Assembly (NCBI GenBank): GCA_030684395.1
Contig: JAUXTT010000028.1
Coordinates: 50,526 to 114,525 of the forward strand
DNA: 64,000 nt
From: Bacteroidota bacterium
GTDB lineage: Bacteria > Bacteroidota > Bacteroidia > B-17B0 > Aurantibacillaceae
Direction: 5' to 3'
In this document: positions 20,501 to 28,698 of the stretch, in pieces
How the letters are laid out: each line of letters begins with the position of its first letter
How positions within the stretch are numbered: position 1 is the first letter of the stretch
Translations under genes and position numbers: made by a program
Notes under the pieces: model-generated
The model's input: only the letters and a program-made list of their open reading frames with translations
Told to the model about the DNA's origin: nothing
Databases searched by the model: none

Positions 20501-20643
20501 CGTTTTGGTTTAACATTAGTGTGATCTGGTTAATGTCGATATCATTAATGATCACGCTTTATTTCGACGTGTTAAAGAAATTACTTGACGGATTAGGTGC
20601 TTTAATCGAAAAGCTTCCGTTTAAAAAGAAGAAAAAGGCGTAA
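17548..20643 (+). CDS. ABCG-type ABC transporter (fused ATPase-permease) with long N-terminal extension
   Basis: Walker A GGSGAGKST, signature ISGGQRKR, Walker B LFVDEPTSGL, C-terminal ABC-2 type TM helices. A ~270-aa N-terminal non-ABC region and a ~230-aa coiled-coil insert lie before the last TM. Confidence 0.9.
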   Translation: MSERILRALMQLFAIIAKVDGVTNTGRNIVQSFLKQQLNQELVDRYLALFDEFLESHHQVSKKKDGTAKRTSVNSVKVLKICTEINKELEQSQKVIVLIRLLEFIHSSAEISEQEYEFVSTVADTFNIPFEEFTNLKSFVEDEASKFPDASHLLVINSNTSVTKEHSKHVLCDQFNQDISVWVMNVPSVGMYIMKLIGNQDLTLNGQAIAPEKVYIFTPGSSLRSTKVKPIYYSDVISKFLADKTQAKISFVAKDLEYKFKGGNLGLRNINIAEESGKLIGIMGGSGAGKSTLLNVLNGQEQPSGGGVYINGINIHTEKNKIEGVIGMVSQDDLLIEELTVYQNLFYNAKLCFGNLPDETISAMVMKTLTDLGLEMRKDLKVGSPLDKTISGGQRKRLNIGLELIREPAVLFVDEPTSGLSSRDSENIMDLLKELSLKGKLVFVVIHQPSSDIFKMFDKLKILDVGGYPVYYGNPVDAVIYFKRLVKHVNSEESECISCGNVNPELIFNIIETKVVDEYGNQTTTRKFTPAEWNGHYTELIESKLEKITEHTTSPESTLKIPNRIKQFLIFMIRDVKSKLTNTQYMAIGLLEAPVLAFVLAYLVRYFNTDDEDNVGYVFNQNENMPAYMFMSVVVALFIGLTVSAEEIIKDRKILKRESFLNLSRSSYLISKIGIMFTLSAIQTVLYILVGNYTMGIQGMWGDYWLILFTTSCFANMLGLNISASFNSAVTIYILIPFLIIPQLLLSGVIVKFDKLNPVFAKQGSVPFVGEMMTSRWAYEALAVNQFKNNKSFKPFYKFEKAISEANYKRNYWKDEIEKKLTKIEKEIGDGTKKKELEADVLLVKNELEKEGKLHPKLKYRDLSKINSAITKAEINGVKNYLNSTYKDYYLAMDKKARNAKDKLSLELNSTPEKKLTFIKMQEEYQNEALEQTLKNKNDLGPACLEKDGQLIQRTDPIFLNPTNNYGGAHFYAPKKKLFGKYFETFWFNISVIWLMSISLMITLYFDVLKKLLDGLGALIEKLPFKKKKKA

Positions 20644-20664
20644 TTTTGCGGTTTTATAAAACCT

Positions 20665-21537
20665 ATGAAATTTTTCACTTTCTCTCTCTTTATTTTATTT
20701 AGTTCATTTCTCTTTGGGCAAGTCCAATACGATACGCTTGTTTTGGTCAATGGTTCTAAAAAGGCTGTAATCATTAAAGAAATTGGTGATAAAACTATAA
20801 AGTATAAAGTGCCTACCGATTCAACAGGACCAACTTATGTGGTTCAAACAAAGTTGATAGAAAAGTTTATTCTAAAAAATGGTTGTATTGATTTGAAGGA
20901 AGTAGGTTACAACAATTGTGTGAAGGATCCTACGTATGGTGTAATACTTAATCCTGATTTTAAAAGAGTTATTATAAGCATGGATCTTGCTCAATTATCA
21001 ATCATTCAGCATATTCAGGCTAATGTAGAGTATATTCCTAAAAACAGGAAATTTGGATTTGAAGCTTATTACAATAAAGGCTTAACGGACAGAAAATATG
21101 TGGCTACCTATGAAAGAAAAGAAGCTACTATAAATAAAGTCGAATACGGTGATGGCTATTACAAATATCAGTATGTTGGGTTTAATATAAAAATCTATCC
21201 ACACGCACATAAAAAGCTTACTTATTTTATGGCTTTTGGCACTGAACAAGGTAAAGCCGGAGCCTATCTTACTATAACAAAATTTAATAGTAATCCCAAT
21301 TGGTGGAACAATACTCCTATTGCTACAACAACTAAAACAAGAGTAGAAACTTATTATGCCAACTACCACTTCAATAACGGATGCGTATTAAGGATAAAAA
21401 AGTACTTTATTTTGCAGGGAAACATTGCACTTGGAATCAATCAATTTACAAGATACAAGGAAGATCCAAAGGATAAAAACCAATTTGATCTGAGTGCGAA
21501 ATTAGGTCTCGGATTGATGATGGGAGTAGCTTTTTAA
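20665..21537 (+). CDS. hypothetical secreted/outer-membrane protein
   Basis: Signal peptide MKFFTFSLFILFSSFLFGQ. Tyr/Asn-rich beta-type sequence ending in F. Confidence 0.5.
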   Translation: MKFFTFSLFILFSSFLFGQVQYDTLVLVNGSKKAVIIKEIGDKTIKYKVPTDSTGPTYVVQTKLIEKFILKNGCIDLKEVGYNNCVKDPTYGVILNPDFKRVIISMDLAQLSIIQHIQANVEYIPKNRKFGFEAYYNKGLTDRKYVATYERKEATINKVEYGDGYYKYQYVGFNIKIYPHAHKKLTYFMAFGTEQGKAGAYLTITKFNSNPNWWNNTPIATTTKTRVETYYANYHFNNGCVLRIKKYFILQGNIALGINQFTRYKEDPKDKNQFDLSAKLGLGLMMGVAF

Positions 21538-21576
21538 AAGGCTTACTCTTTACTCTAATTATGATTGTCAGCAGCT

Positions 21577-22281
21577 TTAATATAAATTTGCAATCTTAGA
21601 AATCTCTAATGGCTTTTTAAGTATTATTTTTCTACCATTTGTGGTGATCAGGCCTTCTTCTTTAAAATCATGTAATACCCTCACCAGGGTTTCTCTTGCG
21701 GTTCCTACAAACTTTGCCAAATCATCCCGCGACAAATCCAGTTCAACGGGTTTTTTGCCTTGATCTTCTTTTTTATACTTATCTCTTAATAAAGTAAGAC
21801 TTAATGCCAATCTTTCACGAACAGTTCGCTGAGCAAAAATAGTTAAGCTATTCACCAAAACACCAAATTCATGGCTCATGCATTTTAATAACCTGTTTGA
21901 AAGAATTGACGAAATCTGTATAGCCTTTAAAAAATCATCTTTTGGTATAAAAGCAATTATCGATTCTTCAATAGTGGTGGCGGTATCTGTATATTTTTCT
22001 TCACTTATTAAAGCGTGATACCCGAGCAACTCTCCCTTCTTACAAACATAAAAAATCTGCTCCCTACCCTCTTTATCCGTTTTATATTTTTTTACTTTCC
22101 CCTTCTTTATGTAATAAATGCCTGTTGGATAACTTCCCTCTCTGAATAGAATTTCACCTTTTTTATAAGTATGGCAAACCATATTCTTATTTAATAAATC
22201 TAAATCCTCTTCCGGCAACCCTTCCAGAACAGAGTCGCTTTTAAAATTGAATTTATCGAAAGGAAAATCAATGAGTTGCAT
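21577..22281 (-). CDS. Crp/Fnr family transcriptional regulator
   Basis: N-terminal cNMP-binding beta-roll (GEILFREG...YYIKKGKVK) and a C-terminal HTH (ARETLVRVLHDFKEEGLI). Confidence 0.9.
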   Translation of the reverse strand: MQLIDFPFDKFNFKSDSVLEGLPEEDLDLLNKNMVCHTYKKGEILFREGSYPTGIYYIKKGKVKKYKTDKEGREQIFYVCKKGELLGYHALISEEKYTDTATTIEESIIAFIPKDDFLKAIQISSILSNRLLKCMSHEFGVLVNSLTIFAQRTVRERLALSLTLLRDKYKKEDQGKKPVELDLSRDDLAKFVGTARETLVRVLHDFKEEGLITTNGRKIILKKPLEISKIANLY

Positions 22282-22326
22282 ATAACTAACGTGTACAAAG
22301 TTACATTTTTTTTCCCAAGCACATTT

Positions 22327-22350
22327 TAAATGTGACTTTAGTCACATTTA
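22327..22350. promoter_or_regulatory. perfect CRP-type palindrome TGTGA-N6-TCACA
   Basis: TAAATGTGACT-TT-AGTCACATTTA has 11-bp perfect arms. The core TGTGActttagTCACA lies at 22331..22346, in the divergent spacer next to the Crp/Fnr gene. Confidence 0.6.
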
Positions 22351-22413
22351 TACCTAAAACAAAGTCACAGTGAAGCCTGTTGCTAAATCAATGTTATTCA
22401 TGCAGGAAGCGAA

Positions 22414-22421
22414 TACCTTTG
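22414..22421 (+). promoter_or_regulatory. -7 box TAccTTTG upstream of the AOS-family gene
   Basis: TACCTTTG, 21 nt upstream of the ATG at 22442. Confidence 0.4.
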
Positions 22422-22441
22422 TCGGAAATTTCGCTTAACAA

Positions 22442-23686
22442 ATGAATATTCTCGAAAAGATTAAATCCAGAAAAGGTCCCTTAGGAGAACATTCGCATTA
22501 TGCCCACGGTTACTACACATTCCCAAAACTTGAAGGAGAAATTGGTCATAAAATGATTTTTAAAGGGAAAGAAAACCTTGTATGGAGCCTTAACAATTAT
22601 CTTGGGCTTGCCAATCATCCCGGAGTTCGTGAAGCTGATTCTACCGGAGCCTCACTATATGGTTTGTCGTATCCAATGGGTTCAAGAATGATGACAGGTA
22701 ATACAAGCCTGCACGAACGCTTAGAAGCAGAACTGTCTATTTTTGTAAAAAAAGAAGATACTTATTTATTAAATTATGGTTATCAGGGAATGATCTCTAT
22801 TATTGATAGCCTTGTTGACAGACACGATGTAATTGTATATGACGCAGAGTCGCATGCCTGCATTATTGACGGGGTACGGCTGCATCAGGGTAAGCGCTTT
22901 GTATTCAGTCACAACGATATGGAAAGCTTGAAAAAACAGCTCGACCATGCAAAAGAAGTTTGTGAAAAAACCGGAGGAGGAATTTTACTGATAACTGAAG
23001 GCGTATTTGGTATGAGGGGCGACATGGGCGATTTGAAAGCTATCACCGCGCTAAAAAAGAAATATGATTTTACACTTTTAGTTGATGATGCGCACGGAAT
23101 TGGTGTAATGGGCTCATCAGGCGCAGGTACAGGTGAAGAACAAGGTGTTCAAAAAGACATTGATTTGTATTTTGGCACATTTGCAAAATCATTTGCGGCT
23201 ATCGGTGCCTTTGTATCCGGTGCCAAGCATGTTATTGATCATTTACGTTATAATATGCGCTCTCAAATTTTCGCAAAGTCACTTCCCATGCCCCTGGTAT
23301 TTGGCTTACTTAAAAGGCTTGAACTCATTAAAAAAGAAAAAGCACTTCGGGAACAACTTTGGTATATAACAAGCGCTTTACAAAACAGCCTGAGAAAAGA
23401 AGGTTTTGATATAGGAAACACTGTTACCCCGGTAACTCCGGTATACTTAAACGGATCAATTGCCGAAGCTACCGAATTGGTAAAAGACCTTAGAGAAAAT
23501 CATAAAATATTTTGCTCAATGGTTGTATACCCCGTGGTACCGAAAGGTGTTATTATACTTCGTTTAATCCCAACTGCGGCGCATACATTAGCTGATGTAA
23601 AAAGAACTATTGAAGTTTTTAGTGAAATAAAAGAGAACCTTAAGAATGGCCGGTATGCAGGCAATGAAGTTTTTGTAAAACAATAA
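22442..23686 (+). CDS. alpha-oxoamine synthase family PLP-dependent acyltransferase (Kbl/BioF/SPT-like)
   Basis: 414 aa. NNYLGLANHP, DDAHG and the PLP-lysine region GTFAKSF. The subfamily cannot be decided by eye. Confidence 0.88.
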   Translation: MNILEKIKSRKGPLGEHSHYAHGYYTFPKLEGEIGHKMIFKGKENLVWSLNNYLGLANHPGVREADSTGASLYGLSYPMGSRMMTGNTSLHERLEAELSIFVKKEDTYLLNYGYQGMISIIDSLVDRHDVIVYDAESHACIIDGVRLHQGKRFVFSHNDMESLKKQLDHAKEVCEKTGGGILLITEGVFGMRGDMGDLKAITALKKKYDFTLLVDDAHGIGVMGSSGAGTGEEQGVQKDIDLYFGTFAKSFAAIGAFVSGAKHVIDHLRYNMRSQIFAKSLPMPLVFGLLKRLELIKKEKALREQLWYITSALQNSLRKEGFDIGNTVTPVTPVYLNGSIAEATELVKDLRENHKIFCSMVVYPVVPKGVIILRLIPTAAHTLADVKRTIEVFSEIKENLKNGRYAGNEVFVKQ

Positions 23687-23699
23687 AGTAAAATTATAC

Positions 23700-25313
23700 A
23701 TGAAAAACGAGAGAGAGGAATATCTAAATCAACTTGGCTTAGGTCATTTAAAAAATGCATACTGGAATTTAAGTGTGCCGGAATTAGTTAAAAACACCAT
23801 TTTATCGGAGCAGGGAACCTTAACTGATACCGGAGCTCTGGCTTGTGACACAGGCGAATTTACCGGCCGATCTCCTAAGGATAAGTTTGTAGTAATTGAT
23901 GAAAACACAAAGAAAACAGTTTGGTGGGGCGATGTAAATAATCAACTATCAATCGATACGTTTAGAAAAATTCAAGAACGTATGAATTCATATTTGATTG
24001 GAAGAGATGTGTACATTAAAGATGCATACGCATGTGCGTCCGAAAAGTACCGCTTAAATATAAGAGTAATTACCGAGTTTCCATGGCAAAATTTATTCGC
24101 GCATAATTTATTTCTCAGACCAACTGACACTGAACTCGAAAATTTTTCGCCTGAATGGACTATTTTATGTGTACCGGGTTTTAAAGCAGATCCTAAGGTG
24201 GACTTCACAAAATCGCACAACTTTACTATTATCAACTTTACACTTAAAACAATATTAATTGGTGGCTCAGCATACACCGGTGAAATTAAAAAAGGAATTT
24301 TTACCGTTCTGAATTATTTATTGCCAATTGAACACAAAGCATTATCAATGCACTGCTCTGCAAACATAGGAAGCAATAATGATACTGCTATTTTCTTCGG
24401 CTTATCGGGAACTGGAAAAACAACTTTATCTGCTGATCCCAACCGAAAATTAATTGGTGACGATGAGCATGGGTGGGACAATGATTCGGTTTTTAACTTT
24501 GAAGGTGGTTGTTATGCCAAGTGTGTAAACTTAAGTAAAGAAAAAGAACCTCAGATTTTTAGCGCAATAAAATTTGGAACACTTTTAGAAAATGTTGAGT
24601 TTTATCCCGGAACGCAAACAGTTGATTATGACAATATAAATCGAACAGAAAACACAAGAGCTGCGTATCCAATTGATTTCATTGATAATTCGGTAACACC
24701 TTCAATTGGGAAAGCACCAAAAAACATTTTCTTTTTAACTGCTGATGCTTTTGGAGTATTGCCTCCAATATCCAAATTAACAGTGGGTCAGGCAATGTAT
24801 CACTTCATATCGGGTTACACCGCTAAGGTAGCTGGTACGGAAGCAGGAATTACTGAGCCTCAAACTACTTTTTCTGCATGCTTCGGAAAACCTTTTTTAC
24901 CATTACATCCAACGAAATACGCCGAGCTTTTGGGCGAAAAATTAAAAGACTCATCCATAAACGTATGGTTAATCAATACAGGATGGACAGGCGGTAGCTA
25001 CGGAGTTGGTGAACGGATCAAATTAAGTTATACAAGAGCTATGATAACCGCTGCTTTAAACGGAGAATTATCAAAGGTTAACTATCAGGAACACGAAGTT
25101 TTTGGGTTAAAAATGCCTCTTGAATGCCCGGGAGTACCAAGTGAATTATTAAATCCTGAAACCACCTGGCAAAATAAAACCTTGTATAAAGAAATAGTAC
25201 TAAAGCTTGCATTGGAATTTACAATCAATTTTGAGAAGTTCAAAGATTTAGCAAATACCGAAATAATAGCAGGCGGACCAAAAATATCAAACCTTGAAAA
25301 AGAACCTAAATAA
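23700..25313 (+). CDS. pckA: phosphoenolpyruvate carboxykinase (ATP)
   Basis: 537 aa. GLSGTGKTT, GDDEHGW and other conserved ATP-PEPCK blocks. Confidence 0.97.
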   Translation: MKNEREEYLNQLGLGHLKNAYWNLSVPELVKNTILSEQGTLTDTGALACDTGEFTGRSPKDKFVVIDENTKKTVWWGDVNNQLSIDTFRKIQERMNSYLIGRDVYIKDAYACASEKYRLNIRVITEFPWQNLFAHNLFLRPTDTELENFSPEWTILCVPGFKADPKVDFTKSHNFTIINFTLKTILIGGSAYTGEIKKGIFTVLNYLLPIEHKALSMHCSANIGSNNDTAIFFGLSGTGKTTLSADPNRKLIGDDEHGWDNDSVFNFEGGCYAKCVNLSKEKEPQIFSAIKFGTLLENVEFYPGTQTVDYDNINRTENTRAAYPIDFIDNSVTPSIGKAPKNIFFLTADAFGVLPPISKLTVGQAMYHFISGYTAKVAGTEAGITEPQTTFSACFGKPFLPLHPTKYAELLGEKLKDSSINVWLINTGWTGGSYGVGERIKLSYTRAMITAALNGELSKVNYQEHEVFGLKMPLECPGVPSELLNPETTWQNKTLYKEIVLKLALEFTINFEKFKDLANTEIIAGGPKISNLEKEPK

Positions 25314-25577
25314 TATAACAAATTTATCGAAAGAGTTTCTCATATCACGTGATGGGGAAATACTCAGGTTGAGTAAGGGAATGCTGTGTTCCGAGGTTGA
25401 AATAATTCTCGGGAAACCAACAAGAACTGAACCCTGTGCAAACCCATTAAGCAAGAAAAATATCTACAAAATAAAAAAGAATCTTATTTCAGTTTGTACA
25501 TATATGCTACTGTTTAACAACGAAGAATTGCAATTGGCAATAAAACTCACCAAATAATAACGTAAACAAAATAATAT

Positions 25578-25958
25578 ATGAACTACCCAAACAACTTGCT
25601 TTATACAAAAGATCATGAATGGATAAAACTTGAAGGAACTGAAGCTATAATTGGCATTACTGATTTTGCACAAAAAGAACTTGGTGACATTGTTTATTTG
25701 GATATAAACACACTAAACGAAACAATTGATAAAGAACAGGTTTTTGGAACGGTAGAAGCCGTAAAAACTGTTTCTGACTTGTTTATACCGGTGAAAGGAA
25801 CTGTTCTTGAAATCAACTCTAAAATTAATGATAATCCTGAATTAGTAAATAAAGATCCTTATGGCGAAGGGTGGATTGTACGAATAAAAGTTGCAAATCC
25901 CGACGAAGTATCGCATTTGCTAAATGCAGAATCATATAAAGAATTAATAGGTGCTTAA
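25578..25958 (+). CDS. gcvH: glycine cleavage system protein H
   Basis: 126 aa. Lipoyl-lysine motif VEAVKTVSD. Confidence 0.95.
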   Translation: MNYPNNLLYTKDHEWIKLEGTEAIIGITDFAQKELGDIVYLDINTLNETIDKEQVFGTVEAVKTVSDLFIPVKGTVLEINSKINDNPELVNKDPYGEGWIVRIKVANPDEVSHLLNAESYKELIGA

Positions 25959-26544
25959 ATCCCCGGTAAAACATAAGGTTGAATTCAATGAAGAAAATTT
26001 TAAAGCATTGTTACCCGGCTATTTAAAAAAAGCCTCAAAACAATTCTTTACACCTATTAGTATCGGTCAAATTGCTGCTCAGTGGTTAACTGAGGATAAA
26101 AACAAATCGGTTTTAGACATTGGAGCCGGAGTGGGAAAATTTTGTATTACCGGAGCAAAATACAATAACAGTTTCTACTTCGGAATTGAATACAGAAAAA
26201 GTTTGGTTACTATCGCCAACAATATAATAAGTACATACGAACTGACTAATACAACTGTATTACATGGCAATATAGTTGAAATCGATTTTATGAACTTTGA
26301 TGCTTTTTATTTATTCAACCCTTTCTATGAAAATTTATCGTTTGACAACAGGTTAAATAATGAAGTAGAATTGAATGGCTCCCGATATGGATATTATTTA
26401 AAACATACGGAAAATCAGTTAGACAAAACTAAATCCGGAACCAGATTGGTTACCTATCACGGAAATAATTTTGAAATCCCCGAATCTTTCAAGAGAATTA
26501 AACAAACTGAAGACGGTTCCCTAAAACTTTGGATTAAACAATGA
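25951..26544 (+). CDS. class I SAM-dependent methyltransferase (paralog 1)
   Basis: The GTG start overlaps the gcvH end. SAM motif [12 protein letters not shown]. Aligns along its whole length with the next gene. Confidence 0.7.
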   Translation: MLKSPVKHKVEFNEENFKALLPGYLKKASKQFFTPISIGQIAAQWLTEDKNKSVLDIGAGVGKFCITGAKYNNSFYFGIEYRKSLVTIANNIISTYELTNTTVLHGNIVEIDFMNFDAFYLFNPFYENLSFDNRLNNEVELNGSRYGYYLKHTENQLDKTKSGTRLVTYHGNNFEIPESFKRIKQTEDGSLKLWIKQ

Positions 26545-27158
26545 TAGCAGAATACTTAAGATTAAATATCCCAATAAAAGACAAAGAATTTGACATGATT
26601 TATCCTGCTCAATTAAGGAAATTATCAAAACGTCATTTTACCAGAGTTGATATAGCTATTAAGGCTGCACGATTTTTGGCAACAGATCCTAAACAAAGGG
26701 TATTAGATATTGGAAGTGGTGTAGGTAAATTTTGTTTTGTAGCAGGGTCATATTCCGATACACAATATACAGGAGTTGATTATAGAAAGCATTTTATTGA
26801 ATTATCAAATAAGCTGGCAGCAAAGCATCGGTTTAAGAATGTAAGATTTATTCATGGGAATATTACTGAGGTTGACTTTAGCCAATACAATGGATTTTAT
26901 TTCTTCAACTCGTTTCAGGAACAAATAGATAACTCTTGCATAATAGACGAATCAGTAGAAGTTAATCAGGAAAATTACGCGAAATTTTCAGCGTACCTGA
27001 AAAAAGAATGGTCAAAAATGCCGGTTGGAACAAGAATAGTTAGTTATCATACTTATTTGAATCAAATACCCGACAGTTATATGCTTGTAGAAATGCATTT
27101 TGATGGCTTATTGAAATGTTGGGAAAAAACAAACAATCCTATAAGTAAATTATTATAG
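26541..27158 (+). CDS. class I SAM-dependent methyltransferase (paralog 2)
   Basis: ATGA overlap with the previous gene. SAM motif I VLDIGSGVGKF. Confidence 0.75.
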   Translation: MIAEYLRLNIPIKDKEFDMIYPAQLRKLSKRHFTRVDIAIKAARFLATDPKQRVLDIGSGVGKFCFVAGSYSDTQYTGVDYRKHFIELSNKLAAKHRFKNVRFIHGNITEVDFSQYNGFYFFNSFQEQIDNSCIIDESVEVNQENYAKFSAYLKKEWSKMPVGTRIVSYHTYLNQIPDSYMLVEMHFDGLLKCWEKTNNPISKLL

Positions 27159-27297
27159 TGAGTTATTCAAAAACAAACCAATTGGCTCCGAAGCTAAAAG
27201 TTAAGGGACATGAATTTAACAAAGTTATTATTAAGATACATAATAAGATGATTAGCATTTATTCCGTGTTAAATAATCTCTCTTCAACCCGAAAAAA

Positions 27298-28053
27298 ATG
27301 AACAAATTAAAAAACCTTGTGAGTTACCTATACCCTATGATAGTGGAGGCTACAACCGGTAAGGTTAGTTCTTACCTTGAAGTCACAAAATACCAGGGCA
27401 AATATCAATTAAACAGCCTTAATGTAAATTACTCCTACGGCAGCCTTCATACTATATTCGAACGCTTGTTCATCAAAATAAAAATCGATCAATACGACTT
27501 TTCCAATATTTTAATTCTGGGAATGGGAGCAGGTAGCGTTATTTCGTTACTGAGAAAAACACACAACATAAAAGTGCCTATAACAGCTATAGAGAATGAC
27601 TCTGTGGTTATTGAATTATCCAAAAAATATTTCGACATAGGTAAATATAGCAATCTGGAAATCATAAATAGCGATGCCTTTGATTTTGTTTCAAATACAC
27701 AAAACCAATACGACCTTATTATTATTGATTTATTTATTGACAATGAAGTCCCGATGATATTTTCAGGGGATGAATTTTTACAGGGAATAAAAAAAATAAC
27801 AACCAACAACTCATGTATTATTTATAATAAAATGACTGAGCTTCCGCTCCACAAAAAAGAAATGGTGGAGTTATACAGAAATTTTGAAAGCATATTCCCG
27901 GGAACAACCCTTATGAAATTCAACATAAATAATATGGAAAACAGTATTCTATTATACAACACATTACCAATAAACATTAGTAATAAGGTAAGCGTAGAGC
28001 AAAAAAGACAAGAAGAAAATTACGACGGGCTATTTCAACCATCATTTAGTTAA
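27298..28053 (+). CDS. spermidine synthase-like methyltransferase family protein
   Basis: ILILGMGAGS and DLIIIDLF motifs typical of SpeE-like folds. Confidence 0.7.
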   Translation: MNKLKNLVSYLYPMIVEATTGKVSSYLEVTKYQGKYQLNSLNVNYSYGSLHTIFERLFIKIKIDQYDFSNILILGMGAGSVISLLRKTHNIKVPITAIENDSVVIELSKKYFDIGKYSNLEIINSDAFDFVSNTQNQYDLIIIDLFIDNEVPMIFSGDEFLQGIKKITTNNSCIIYNKMTELPLHKKEMVELYRNFESIFPGTTLMKFNINNMENSILLYNTLPINISNKVSVEQKRQEENYDGLFQPSFS

Positions 28054-28058
28054 TATTA

Positions 28059-28340
28059 ATGATTAAAAGAATTAAAGTAAAACCCGGGTCATTTAAAAAT
28101 GAATTTTATATAGATGAAAACGAGAACTGGGTGGTAAAGCTGAAAGCAAAACCGATTGATGGAGTAGCAAACGAACAGCTGATTGAGTATTTAGCCGCCA
28201 TTTTTAAATCGCGTAAAAGTAGTATTACTATTGAAAAAGGTCACACAAGCCAATATAAAACTATAAATATTGATGAAGATACGGCAATGCTAAACGAAAG
28301 AATTAACCAGTTACAACGTGAAAGAAACAGCATTAAGTAA
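28059..28340 (+). CDS. DUF167 (YggU) family protein
   Basis: 93 aa with the pattern VKLKAKPIDGVANEQLIEYL typical of YggU. Confidence 0.8.
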   Translation: MIKRIKVKPGSFKNEFYIDENENWVVKLKAKPIDGVANEQLIEYLAAIFKSRKSSITIEKGHTSQYKTINIDEDTAMLNERINQLQRERNSIK

Positions 28341-28438
28341 AATACACCTTTCCTGTGGAAATATTTGCAAAAATAAGAGGGGAGAAAATTAAAGCTTCAG
28401 TAAGTAAATCACCTTTCGTAACGACAAATTTAACTAAT

Positions 28439-28543
28439 ATGCTTAAAGAATTATACAAAAAATATGGGAATTACTTTGTAGATCTCTGGCAATACCTTAT
28501 CATTATAGTAGTAATGATTTTAGCCGCAATATTTATTTTATAA
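28439..28543 (+). CDS. putative tail-anchored mini membrane protein (34 aa, or 62 aa from GTG 28355)
   Basis: MLKELYKKYGNYFVDLWQYLIIIVVMILAAIFIL: polar N-terminus followed by a single C-terminal hydrophobic helix. Confidence 0.3.
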   Translation: MLKELYKKYGNYFVDLWQYLIIIVVMILAAIFIL

Positions 28544-28544
28544 A

Positions 28545-28661
28545 ATGATTAAATGGTTTGATATAATTGTCGAAAAAACGAATGGAAAAATCACTTATCA
28601 TTTACTCACCTATTTTATTATCGTACTATTAATTATAATAAGCATTGCTATTTTCTTATAA
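28545..28661 (+). CDS. putative tail-anchored mini membrane protein (38 aa, not in ORF track)
   Basis: Hand translation gives MIKWFDIIVEKTNGKITYHLLTYFIIVLLIIISIAIFL. The ATG is 1 nt after the previous stop, and the architecture matches the preceding mini-ORF. Confidence 0.3.
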   Translation: MIKWFDIIVEKTNGKITYHLLTYFIIVLLIIISIAIFL

Positions 28662-28698
28662 AAGAAGGAAACACCCTGTTTACTTATCAACTATATTA

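Noticed and set aside
25294-25557. 87-aa ORF between pckA and gcvH, and a possible glycine riboswitch in the same spacer
   Set aside because: The ORF begins at a TTG overlapping the pckA end and has no recognisable features, so I kept it as unannotated spacer. I looked for glycine riboswitch cores (GGAGAG, ACCGAAGGGGCAA-like, CTCAGGCAAAAGGAC-like) upstream of gcvH. I found only a lone CTCAGG and an imperfect hairpin TTCCGAG...CTCGGGAA, which is insufficient.
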